Positions 38,811 to 51,200 of a DNA stretch of 55,104 bases are shown in pieces. Numbering within the stretch: position 1 is the stretch's first letter; every line of letters begins with the position of its first letter. The notes below the pieces were generated by a model. It ran no database searches and was not told where the DNA came from. It was given only the letters and a program-made list of their open reading frames with translations. Location: contig JABANN010000189.1 in NCBI GenBank assembly GCA_013115125.1, forward strand, positions 1-55,104, given 5' to 3'. Position numbers and translations under genes: made by a program. The DNA is from Perkinsus olseni (lineage: Eukaryota).

Positions 38811-41800
38811 ATGGCTCGAGTGGTGTCTCTCTTAGGGAAGAAGTCCAAAGCCCCTAAGAAGGTAACTTTGACGCAACTCAACAAGTTCCGTCGACAGGGC
38901 CACAAGATTACTATGATGACTTGTTACGATGCTATGACTGCAGGTAATAGCGCTGGTAGTCGAAAGGTCCCCGGTTCGATCCCATCACCCTACAGGTATA
39001 GCAGAGGAATGCGGAGTTGAACTGCTCCTGGTCGGGGACTCCGTTTCTAACGTTGTACATGGTCACGACTCAACCGTCCCCATCTCTATGGACGCTATGG
39101 TGATGACCTCTCCTCGCCCGATGGGATATCCTCATGCTGCTGCCATCAGATCCTACACACCCAAGCCGTCCGTAGAGGCCTAGCACATCATCGGCCTATG
39201 GTCATCGGTGATATGCCTTTTGGGTCCTTTCTTACCATTGAGGACGGTGTCAAGAACGGAGCCAGGTAATAATCATTCTAGCGTCCACATCGTCATAGCA
39301 TGAGGGTCGGGGAAGGGACGGGGTCTAAAATTTAGCGAACCATTTAGACTCTAAATGGTTCATGGTTCATAACCTACTCTTATAGGTCGCGATAAATCGA
39401 CCAGTCGACATCTTGTCGCTTCTATCTACGTTTTTCTGCTTTTTATTGCTCTATACCTAAAGTCTGCTGCTTCTGGTACGCAAATGCCTTAGTGTGCCTT
39501 AATGCCTGCTGCTTATGCTTCTTCCTCTGCAGGTTCATCAAGGAAGGTGGTGCGGACATTGTGAAGCTGGAGGTAACTAGGAATGGTTGGGATACTGCGT
39601 CTTGGCCGATTGCAGTGTGCTTAGTCTCCCGCCAGCTCCCAAGAGTTTTCTACCGAGTTGATTCGTCGTATGACTGCTGCCGGTATTGGTGTGGTGGGCC
39701 ATATCGGATTGACACCGCAGAGTCATGTTCAGATGGGTGGTTACAGGGTAATGATGGGGAAGGTATCGGGTTCGAATCCCGGCTGCGGCATCTCAATGTT
39801 TAATCAGATACAAGGCAAGGCTGCTTCTGCTGCTTGTCATCTCATAGACTTCGCCAAGGAATTGGAGGCAGCAGGCTGCATCATGCTGGTACGCCTTTCC
39901 GCGACAGATCGCCCTGCCGTACCACTCCATCCGTAACTCAGGTCATGGAATGTGTTCCTGGAGAAGTAGCCCGTTTAGTGACTGAAGCCATCAGTATCCC
40001 AACCATTGGCATTGGCTCTGGCCCTGGTAGATCATTACAACTTTAGCTCTTGCATTTCCTCAACGATTCTCGCTTAAGATACTTCTGGCCAAGTTCTTGT
40101 TGTCCATGATTTGCTTGGTTTAACCCCGAGAGCACCCAAGTTGGCGAAGCAGTTTGTGAATGCCCGCGCTCTTATGAACATCGGCGTATCGAAGTAAGTG
40201 GCGCGAAGCCTGGTTACCATTCGTCCTCGAGATCAGCAATTTTACCGTAGGTACGTCCAGGAGGTGAAATCAGGGCAGTTCCCAGGACCGGAGACCTACA
40301 CTCGGATGAAGCCTGTTGAGTATGATATGCTGCTTGAGGAGCTCAACACGACGGGACCTGCCGCTGCTGTCGAGGGGGAATCTGAAAGTACGCTTTCGTT
40401 CTATTCCGACTTACCATCTGAGGCTGCGTTGCAGGTCGGCCTGCTGCTGAGGAATCTTCTCGAATGATGATGTCCTCCAATCCCACACGCGTGGCTGTAG
40501 TTGGAGGTGGTGCTATGGGTACATTCTTCGCCCAAGCTTTATCGAAAAAGGTGACCTTACCGGGGATTGAACTCGGGTTTGACGAGTCCTGTATCTCTCT
40601 CTAGGTCCCTGATGTAGCGCTGATGACTGGACCTCATTCCCATGCATCAGCCATGAACAGTGCGGGTCTTGACTGCATAGACGGCCAAGGGAGGGCCCTA
40701 CCCGCCTTGGAAGGCCCACAGCCCGCCGCCACACCCTTCCGCGTCGTCCACAACGTAGGCCCGTAGCTGATAGTAGTCAATGACCTCCATCCTGCAGGCT
40801 GACGAGTGCCTCGACGCCTTCGGTGGCACCACACCGGAGCTGGTAGTAGTAGCATCCAAGGCCTGGCAGTTAGAGGACCCCGCCGTGGTCAAGAAGCAGC
40901 TTTCGGGCCTCCTCGTCGACGGCGCACCTGTACTGAGTGTAAGAGACCCATCGAAGTAGCAACGGTCGTTTGAGTGGATGCCATGCTGTCTCAGATTCAG
41001 AATGGTATCGGAGCCCTCGATGCACTATCTATTGTCAGCAACAACGTCTTCCAGGTGAGCTACAGTAGCAGCAGTGTCTCCCGCCCGGTCTTGGCCTCAG
41101 TAGTGCCTACTGTTGCCTTAAACTCGTCATCGTGGTAGTTTGACTAAGTCTAGAGCATTCTTGTTGAGTCTTTTTCTGTTGGCTTGCCATTCTTTCATTA
41201 CCTTACTTTTGCTGACGAGTCCCTGTTGGTGTCAGGCCGTGACGAATGTCGGATGCAACCTCCCCAGGCCAGGCGTCCTCGAGGTTAATATCGTACCGGG
41301 CACCGAGGCGTGGATGAAGGTACTCCTTTTGGTGTGGGCTTATGCCCGTCATCTTGGTACTGTTCAGCTCATCCCACCGAAAACTGCTGCTGCTACAACC
41401 TCGCAGTACCGAGAGGACCCCCTGGCCCGACTCCTCACGACCTGCTTCAAGGATGCGCAGATCCCCTGCCAAGTCTCCGATGCTGTTGATGATGACGAAG
41501 CCCAACAGATGGTAAGGGCTTGCGGGGGAGTGTTCGGCTGGTACGCGAGATAATGTGTAATTAGGTATGGGATAAGTTGATAGTGAACTCTGCGATCAAC
41601 CCAGTTACGGCAGTGTTCGGTGTCCTTAATGGAGATATATTGGACAGCTCTCAGCTGTATGCCTCGCTGCAGCCAAGAAGGCAGTATGCATGGGGTCTGT
41701 TGTAGATACTCCCTTGCGTCAGCGGCAGCTCACGAGGCGTACAACGTCGCCAGGGTTATGGGTGTGAAGGTAGCAGCCTCATCGACAGCTAGTCAATATC

Positions 41801-42198
41801 AGGATTAAGTTATTCAGGTCCCATCGGAGTACTCGGATGAGCTGTGGGTTGAGACTGCTCGGTGCACCAGCTCCAACGTCAGCTCAATGCTGAGGGATGT
41901 CAGGCTAGGACGCCCTACTGAGATTAATTTCATCAATGGCCAAGTTGTAGGTAACCATACATGTCGCACTGTCATGCACGCTTCCCCCCAGGTCCGGTTC
42001 GGGTCCCAAGTTGGCGTACCAACACCTGTGAATAGAGCCCTAGTGACCATGGTAGCCAACATGCAGCAGTCTGGCGATGCAGCAGTGGACACTACGCTCA
42101 CGACAAGTTCCTTGAGGGTCTCCTCGGAGGAGAAGAAGCATTTACATGAAGCCACGGTGCATGACCAAACGGTGGGGTCGTTTGTTACAGCATCCTGA
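38811..42198 (+). CDS. panB-panE: fused ketopantoate hydroxymethyltransferase (PanB) - ketopantoate reductase (PanE), multi-exon
   Basis: PanB motifs: ITMMTCYDA, LLVGDS, VIGDMPF, IVKLE, GHIGLTPQS, IPTIGIGSG, GQVLVVHDLLG. PanE motifs: VAVVGGGAMG, KAWQ, IQNGIG, WDKLIVNSAINPVT, NVSSMLRDV...TEINFING. The two are joined in frame by intron 40388-40434. Confidence 0.9.
38961..38990 (+). other. tRNA fragment in pan intron 38944-38995
   Basis: cgaaaggtccccgGTTCGATCCc, resembling a Val-like variable loop and T-arm. Confidence 0.7.
39760..39790 (+). other. tRNA 3'-end fragment in pan intron 39748-39807
   Basis: aaggta-tcggg-TTCGAAT-cccgg-ctgcggca; paired T-stem and a His-like ...cggca end. Confidence 0.8.
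40552..40580 (-). other. antisense tRNA 3'-end fragment in pan intron 40551-40604
   Basis: Reverse complement reads aaac-ccgag-TTCAATC-cccgg-taaggtca. Its 3' end abuts the 5' splice site. Confidence 0.6.
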
Positions 42199-42467
42199 TT
42201 GACGTTTTTGTTATTTCAGAGTACCTCCCAATGAGTGACTGTTGATACTGTTGTTGTTATTGTTGTTGTTGTTTTTCATCGACGAAGGAAGGTTTATTCC
42301 TTATGTACAGACTAATCGCCTTAACGCGACTTGTTACCATACTTCCAACCTTTCCTTTGCTGGTGTATTGAGTTCAACTCAGTCAACACGACACAGTGCG
42401 AAAGCTAATGGAAGCTTTACTCAAGCATCGTGCTGTACATGGCACAATCGGCCAGAAAGGGAGAACG

Positions 42468-45170
42468 TCACCAACAATCATCTCTTTGAGGAGCATGCGG
42501 TACACGGAAAGCAGAGATCAAATCGGCGACTTGTAAAGTGGCGTGTATCATATCTGATGTATTTTCCACTGCATCGTAAAGTGCTGTGAGGTTACCTATT
42601 TTCTGTGCCATTGGAACCGCTATAAAGTGGACGATGTAGACAGAAGCGAGCTTGCCAACCCAACCATCGGGCGAGATGAACTCATTGAGGTCGTCTAGGG
42701 TGGAGTAGGGGGGAATGCCTTCTCCTGTGACGATGCTGGCTGGCTCGAATGATACGTGAATGGTAGTCGTGTAGTTGAGCAGAGCGTTGACGCCCCTCTG
42801 GTCGATCTCATAGCTGTGACGATGCAGCCAATTGAGGTAGGTTGTACTCCACTCACCGGTTGCTGTTGATGATACCATATAGAAAATACCAACATTTATA
42901 CACCGACCATCCACGTGAGTCGACCAAAGCATCAAAGGCGTATCTTTTGACTTGCGAGTACCATGGGTAGCAGGAGAAGCAAGATACTCCATTATTCTGG
43001 GTAGGGGGTTCTGGACGAAGAAAGTGTCCAAGTCGAAATAGAATGCATCAAAGCCCATATGAATGAGCATTTGAGCGACAGTGTACCGGTGTATTTGGCT
43101 CTCGGAGTAAGGGACTTCCCAACACACGAGGCCACTCAACTGAGACAACACCCATCAGTAACGCGCTTCCCTGCTGGGGCTCACGACGCTCATCAGTGCA
43201 CGGCATTCGGAATGGGCAGGTTCGCCAAGGGAGGCCACTAAGACTGCAGGGATGCCAATAGGGCTGCTGGTGACCCACCGAATGCTGCCTGAGGGATGGC
43301 GCTGATGATGAACACGGGCATAGAACGCACGTTGAAGTAGATCCATCCATGCAGTGCCGTATACAGTGGTGAAGGGCACAACCCTCTCTCTTGTGCTGAT
43401 GCCATCAGTTGTACTCCAAGATGATGCTACACTATCGGCAGCTTTGAACATAGTACCGACGATGGTGTCTGAATAAAGGATATGAGCGAAGATCGACCAA
43501 TGTCATCATCATAAATCATGATTCATAATCACCAAAAAAACAAAAACATGACCAACACCATCAACATCAACATCAACACCAACAGCAACAACAGAATGTT
43601 GTTACTTTCATGATCTCTCAATAGGGCATCCTTCTCCTGGAATGGCATCTCATCAATTAGCTTGGACGAGCGGTCCCCCAACGGCAGGAGGGCTCGAGCG
43701 AAGGACGGTCGAAGATCTGAATACCGTCGCTTCATCTTGGCCGAGGCATTTGCGTATCTGCTAGGAATCGAGATGAGATGGCGGTGAGGAGGTGGGATGG
43801 TTACTCGTGGAACTTGTTCCCTTTTCCGAGATCACCGAAGTGCATCAGGGCCTGCATGATGGGCCAGTCTGTAGCACCGTACATAGCCAGGGGCAGGCTA
43901 TCGAGGAAATCGGTAGCAACTGCTGACCATTTTTCGAAGTACCTGAGCGTAGTAGGGGGAGAAGGAGATGATTCACAAAGGTTTGAAGAGTCGACCAGCA
44001 GCGAGGGTCATATAGAGGGCACCGTACAGAATGATTTAATAGGAATGACACTATCAGCCTGGCAAGCGATCCCTTGAAAGCTTCACTCAACCACGGAGGG
44101 CGCCCCTCTGTAAAAAGGGATGCGCCCGCAGAGTGCATCATTGGTGGACAGTCTAAGCGAGACGTACGTAATGAAGGACCCCCAAGCGTCTCTTGTTGTT
44201 GACGTACTGAGTGAGTCTATTGCCAGATGTAGTGGACTGGACTATCGTGAGGAAGACCACTCCACACAAACACTCCTCGACAGCTTCGTCGATGCGCTCA
44301 TTACCCAAGGTGAACAGATACCTGTCATGAGGGGTGATGATGAAACCAGGCATGCAGTAGAACTCCTCACTCAGTAGCTTGGCCCAATGCTGAGGCGACC
44401 ACTTCGTCGACCATGCCCTTCTCTGCCCCTTCAGCGAAGGTGATGCCCAGGCCGAGGAGCTCTCGCCAGTCCAGATAACCTGTGATGAGTGAGCGCTAGT
44501 TGCTAATCAAACATACGAGAAGTACCGTTCCTTTGAGGACAGCAACCCTTCTCTAACCTCTCCTTATCGACCCCCATCATGGGCTGGTAGTAGTGGATGA
44601 GCTCAAATATGGGCCAGCGTGAGAGGGCTGTGTAGTACCTTACTATGACAATGATAAATCATCCCCCCAACTGGTTGCACGACCAGGGTATGGCAGCGAT
44701 GGAGTGCTGGACGAAGTCTCTCCAGTAAGAGGCCAACTCTTGGTCACCGGCATGGGCGGACATGTAAAACTGCAGTATGGCCAGCATCAGCACACCTGAG
44801 GGCAGCACGATCGAGCATACCAACTTTTGAGCACTTCACCGATAGGGCACTCCTGCTCGGCCTTCTTTTGCATCTCATCGGTGCCAAACACCCAGCCAGC
44901 CCAGGTCAGATTGACTTTGCCCCAGAAAGGCTCAGTCGTGGAGGTATTCAACTGCCCTGTGACGTTGTAGAGGGTATTCCAACTGAGGACCTGCCCCGAC
45001 GAGCAGCAGCGTGGACGATAGGCAGTCGAGGGTGCAACCACGATTGATCCGGCTACCTCCTTAGCCTCGGTACAGTCGAAGTCATAGAAGAGACCCATAT
45101 GCTCTGTGTGGAGCTGCACGAATCCGGCAACTAATGGTATTAGGGCGGGCAGCCATTGACGGAGTAACAT
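42468..45170 (-). CDS. nucleotide-diphospho-sugar transferase (GT77-like) family glycosyltransferase, multi-exon, secretory
   Basis: Signal peptide MLLRQWLPALIPLVAG; C-terminal domain with GFDAFYFDLDTFFVQNPL (DxD), INVGIFY and DQRGVNALL. Confidence 0.7.
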
Positions 45171-45399
45171 CGAGCTGCCGGTGACAAGCAACGGTTCACT
45201 GCTATCGGTAGCCGATACCTCTTCAGAAGAGGCTCTTCTCTAGTCCTAAGTGCCTTATATTAGTGGATTTTGGAAGATCGGCAATGAACCTGAATGTGCA
45301 TACCCGAAAGTAACGGTCGCCTACAGAGCGACTCGTCCGAAGCATCTCAGGATAAGAACACCAGGTGGCTTATCCTCAAGGAAGCCACCTTGACTAGAT

Positions 45400-48211
45400 C
45401 TCATTGAGGCAGATGGCCCTCAGAACCATGCAAATGTAGGGCCACAGTAAAAAGCACTGTAAAAAAGAGGCTTACACTGGGGGTCTGAAATTGCCTAGAT
45501 GTGATGAGAGCTCTCTGAAGTGGACAGTCGCCCACAGTCATCTTGGACAGTCGAACTCTGAAGGTCCACAGTGGAATGGCAACATATCCCTCGTCGAATG
45601 GACACTCTAGTACCAAGGAATAATCGTCGTTGGTCCAAGATAGTCTTTGATGACCATATTGGACCATACCATCTCTCCCAGAGAGAAGGAATATGACCTA
45701 ATTCTACGGTAACGAAGCATTCTGTGCTTGGCTGGCTCGGCGTGGAACTCGACAGATGTCGAAGGTGCCAATCAGTTCCGGGAGATGGAGAGCTCAGATA
45801 TTGTCGGTTATTGGGATAATCAGGCTACCGCGTCTCGGGTTATTCCACAACAACCCGGGTCCTCTAGAACCACTAATTCTTCTGCTACGTGCTTACTGAT
45901 ACCGCTGCTGCAGCAGCACTTGCCGGCAGTGAGGCTATCATGATCGTCGATCGAAGGACACTCTGTGCGTCATTCCTTGTTGCTAGCCACTCCACACTGG
46001 GGCAGCAGCCGCCGACCTGGCTTGGGGTTCAACGCGGACTGTTCAAGCCTTGGACAGCACTCGGGAGGATCTGTCGGAATATGAGTAGTCCCGTGAATCA
46101 AGTGACGTCACTTTTCCATCACAGCACAACACAGACAACTACGTAGTAAGATAAGCATCGTTGCTTTGAAGATGCGGGTGGAGAGTAATGAATTAACCGC
46201 CGTGATGCCGTGGTGTATTCACAGCGCATGAGAAGTAGCGCTGCTCCTCGGACGCCACCTCGACAGGCTGGGAAAGGTCATCTAAACACTGCTCATAGTT
46301 CCACGCTGTGAGTACTGCCGGACGCCCGTTCAGGGACTGTTGTGGTTTCTGAAGGGGGGCGGGCGAACGCTATCAACACGCTACCGCCACTTCCCTCACG
46401 GCGTCTGAGGACGTATAGTCACTGTCTAGCGAGGGCACCGCTCGGAATGGATCCTTCCAGTCTCGGAACCTACATACGGTTAGGAGTGTCCATTAGGCAG
46501 CAGACGTCCCGCTGAGCTACCATTGGTGAGCGGTCAACTGTGGTGAGTGGATGAGGTCGTGAGTTGCAGCAGCGATGGCGTGAGTTAGACTGTAGACACT
46601 TGGATGCTCCAGAGGCGGCATCTCAGGCTTCTCAGCAGGCCGCCTGAGTGATGTCCGATCATCCGAGCAACGAGAACTGGTGGGAGCAGTCGTCGACACG
46701 ACGAGAGAGAGGCAGCCACAAGCACATGTGAGCATAGGAGAGCAGCAGCATCAGCATCATCATCATGCTGTCAGCACCGGCTCACTCTTTGAATGATGAC
46801 AAGTCCAGTAACTCCTTCGTTGGTGGCCTGCATGGACTGGTTGAGCCCTCCTCCAGGGCATCACAACTGGTGCTGGGTTGGACTGCTCAGAAAAGAAAGG
46901 CGAGAAAGAATGGGAGACCTCAATTGCGCAAGGAAGAGGGACGCCACAGAGGCGTGAATACCTTCGTTCGTCCTCCTGGGAGATTCAACCAATCTCAGCC
47001 GATCCTTTCCCGAGGGACTCATGTGAACGGGCAGCCGAGAACCCTGTACAAAGCCATGAGGATAGCCGTGTGAAAGTGACTCCTGCTGTCAGGGTTCATC
47101 ATCATCATCATTATCAACGCAGAGAATGCAGAGGAGCCCAGCATTAGAGACCCACCTGCACTGCCGAGCGGAGTTCAGCAGAAGCAGTAGCAGTGTCCTC
47201 CCTGCCCTCCTTGAGTAGGTCTACCAGCCACTGCCTGCATAGGGCTGACCGCTGGCTGATGGAGCCATCCTCTGCAGTCTCTTCGACTTTACAAACGAAG
47301 CCCCTCGTCACTAATGAGTCGAGTGCAGTATCCGCCGAGTAAGTTGACGTCTCTGACGCAGACTGGCCTCGCGTGAAGGGGATGCCAGGGCACTCACTCC
47401 TGACTGGATTGGCTCTCGCCGCCGTCGAGGCTTGCCTCTCTTGTTGCTCGTACTGCGCTATACTCAGGTTCTGGAAGAACATTCCGCACTGGGAGGCCTG
47501 GAAAGCTCCGATGCAGTGCTTCCAGCGTGACGTATCCCCCACCTTGGATTGAAGGTCGTGGACAAGGTCTCCATTCCTTCTCCTGCGGCCCCCTCTAGCC
47601 CGTGGCCGCCGCCGTCTACTGCGCCTGGACGCCGCCCTACTACTGGTCGATACCGCACCACCCTCTGAAGCCTTGGCGGTCTCCTTTGGTGAAGCCTTTA
47701 CATCATCTTCCACCGCTTCGGGTGCTGCCAGGTGTTCCGCCGTCTTGCCATGATCATCGATGCTATTCTGAGGACCACTAATGCATCATAGCCTATCATT
47801 GAGGAAACAGACATACTACCTCTCTATCGCTGTCCGAAGGAGTCATCAATGACACGCTAAGATACTCCCTGTCTCCGAATATTGACAACAACTGACAGTG
47901 ATCGACATTGGTCAGGTTATCAACGCTGGCAAGAAGCATTGGATTCCCAATCCGCTGCTCATACCATCAACTACGCTAGCCAGGCTCGAGAAACACTATT
48001 GCAATGATGATGATGAACCATCACCACCATCACGAAGCCGCAGCAACAACAGCACGACTGGACGATCTACGGTGAAGATGGTGTTTACTAACCCGACCAG
48101 ATTACCGCTGCCACCAGCATCACAGCTGCTGCCCGAACGTCCTCATCTTGGGATAAAACGCTCCGAGCGATTGCCTCGGCTAGTCCGCGTGTGCGGGTGA
48201 ACTCAGTGACC

Positions 48212-48258
<47 letters not shown>

Positions 48259-51200
48259 CAGAGAACAGCAAGAGCAAAGAGTGCGGATTGAGGCAAGATA
48301 CTCACTAGCCTGGCCTCGATCGTCCCTAGGAAGTCTGACTCGCCAACGTTGCTCATCACCCCCGGGGATACCGAGAACAATGCCGCCAAGGCCAGCAAAG
48401 CCGCCCAGCGTAGTCTTCCAGCATGGGGCGAGATCAGACAACGGTACTGAGAAGAGTGTTGGGAGGCCACCAGCAGGAGGAAGCCCCACCAGTTTATCCA
48501 CCGCCCTGGTATCCAGGTAACTGCTCTGTTTCGCCTCTATACTTGAGTGGTAGAGTATAGCCACCATAAGGCAGCCCAGGGCTCGGTACTCCTACAGAAG
48601 ACAGGTGAGGGGTAGCTGACTGACCATAGCTGTGCCCTCACTGGGTCTATTGTTTCGGACGATGATAGTCGTAGGATATACCTATACTCCGAGTTGGACA
48701 GGAAGCCCGCCGTCCGCTTGGATACAGCTAAGCCGGCAGACTCTTCATACACTTCCAGCGCCACCACCTTTGCCCAGAGGAAGAGCACCAGCACTGATGC
48801 CTGATGAGGTAGGAAAGTCCTCAAGACGATCGAGGGATCGAGGTCGAGGAGGCACCTCGGTGGAGGAACTCTTCGGGAGCAGCTTCTGTAGATAGGGTAG
48901 TAGGCCGGCCTTGAGGCAAAGTCGAATCTCGGACCTGGCAGATAAGAGGATACCACTACGCTAGGGTGGCAGCAGCAGCAGCAGGGTGACCTTCCGAGGT
49001 CACAGTAGGCTGCCAGTAGTCGCAGACTGCATAGTCTGTTAACTGAGTGGGACAGTACCTGAGTGAAGGGAACAACAACACTACAGACGCCTCTACGCGG
49101 CAAAGATGGTACAAAGAGGCTGATGGTACTCGGAATGAGGTGAATGGTTAGAAGGTTAGTAGAGAATTGAGGGTAGAATTGATGCCCCATTGCGATACTT
49201 CCCTCATCATTCTTAATATCCCTCATCAGAAGTGAGGCAATCCGGATACAATATTCTCAATCCCACCTGCAGGAGGATCGGCAGTTCTCGAGTTCGGCCG
49301 TGGTCGTGCGATCCGTGGTCACCAGCGTGATCTAAGGCACAAGTAGCCGATGCAGGAGGGTTGCTGCTCCTACAGGAGAATACTCGGCATTCTGTCGACC
49401 ATCACTGGGGGCATGATCGAACGAGGGATGACGAACATTACCTCTGCTATGCATACGACCCCGCAGCCATATACTGAATGCTCGGAGCTGGTCATTGAAG
49501 AACTCCCTCACTGGAGGGGACCTGCCGGGTACCTGAGCATCCATGTACTATCAGGTTGTGTAATAGTGAGCCATGATGTGATAGTATCACAGTGATAGAA
49601 CACAGGAAAGGTCTCTTGAAGTAGTCTCCACGACAATGCTACTCACGACTAGCAATGACACCGAGAGTGATTTAATGCCATGCTCATCGAATAGGAGCTC
49701 CCCGAAGCCGCGAAGATCCAAGCGCCACACCCCGTGGGCAGCAGATGGCGTGACTCGGGTAGATTATCGGGGCACGCCAGCAACAGCAGCAGCAGCCCCT
49801 CTTGAAGTCGGAGTACATGATGCCTCCCTCGTACTACTCACCCGAGTAACCGAGGGCAGGAGGCTGTTGCGTCTGGGCTCGCTCTGAATGACGTGCAAGA
49901 TGGAAGACTCCAATACCAGCTCCCAGGTTTCCCACAATGGATGCTGACCGCAATCAGGCAGTTTCGGCGTCGATACACTGGTGATACCAACGAGAGCTAA
50001 CATGGGAGGGAGGGCGATCTGTTGACAGCAATTGGAAGCGCGCGTGGATGGCCCCACTCGCATGCTTCAGAAGAGAATTGAGCTACTACTGAGCATCTCA
50101 ACGAGCGTACTGGGAGCCCTGCTGAGTCAGCGCGCACGACGACTTACACAAGAGGCGTTGAGCCAGCAGGTAGTTCCGGAAGAGTGATGCTAGGACGACA
50201 TCCTTGCGGAAGAGGGTCTCGTATGATTCTGAGGAATGACGACAATACTCAACAACCCAGCCATGATGAACACCCAACCTGCTGATAGAGTGCTCCAGGC
50301 TATGGAGTTCATAATGCTCGTGAACACTGAATTCAACTGCCTGAACTCCGCTGAGCTCCGTACTTCGTTCGGTCCTGAGGGAAGGAAGTGATGGTATTCT
50401 TGAACATCATCTCCGTCACAGAGTGTAGCCCCACCATCCTCGCTGACAGTGGTCTCGCCAAGCCTGCTGAGCAGCAGCTCCAGCTTTGTCTGAATATCCT
50501 CACTGTCGAGGCCCAGCAGACAGGTGGAGGACGGACCATAGAAGCCGGAGCCTAGAATGCTCCAGTCAAGCAAGGAGCAGTCATTCACAGGAGGAGAGGA
50601 TTGGGCTAATCTGCTTAGCTGTGTTCCCACATCACTACTGATATCATCGCCTCTAGGATCAGCTATATACCGTCTCACATCCGACTTTAATGCAAGTGGG
50701 GCAGCCCTCCTTTGCCGACAGAAACGGATACCTTGCTGGTACCGCAGAGGGCTGGGGTAGTTGGTGGAGTATCCTACTTGCACCTTTTCTCGCTGTCGCT
50801 GGCGTCCGAGCAATTTTACGCAAGTCTGCATGCCGAATTATTCGTAAAATTTTAGCATTAGCAGTATTATTCCTGAGCGTCTATCCTCGGCAAAATTAAT
50901 CTCGGTCATTTTATAAAGGTTTTAACTGTTTTCAGCAGTTAGGAATAGGGAACAGGATAGGTGTAAAACTGGTCTCAACCGACCGGAGAAAGATTGTATT
51001 CCATCGACAAATGCTGTAGACCGTGAGAAGCTAATAGAAGGGCCGTCGCCGTCCTCCCTCATTGCGAACTTACATAAGAATTGCAATGAGGTCTTCAGCG
51101 GTGCGGTGAGGCAGGCCGTGAGCAGTTGGGATGGGAGGGTAGGGCCTGAGTGCCTCTAGCGACCATACCCCCCACAGGTGTGGCCTACCAAGGTGAGGGT

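Noticed and set aside
43155-43157. In-frame TGA between two glycosyltransferase ORFs (possible readthrough or selenocysteine)
   Set aside because: It lies inside a 45-nt GT-AG intron (gtgagcccc...gtctcag on the minus strand) that preserves the frame.
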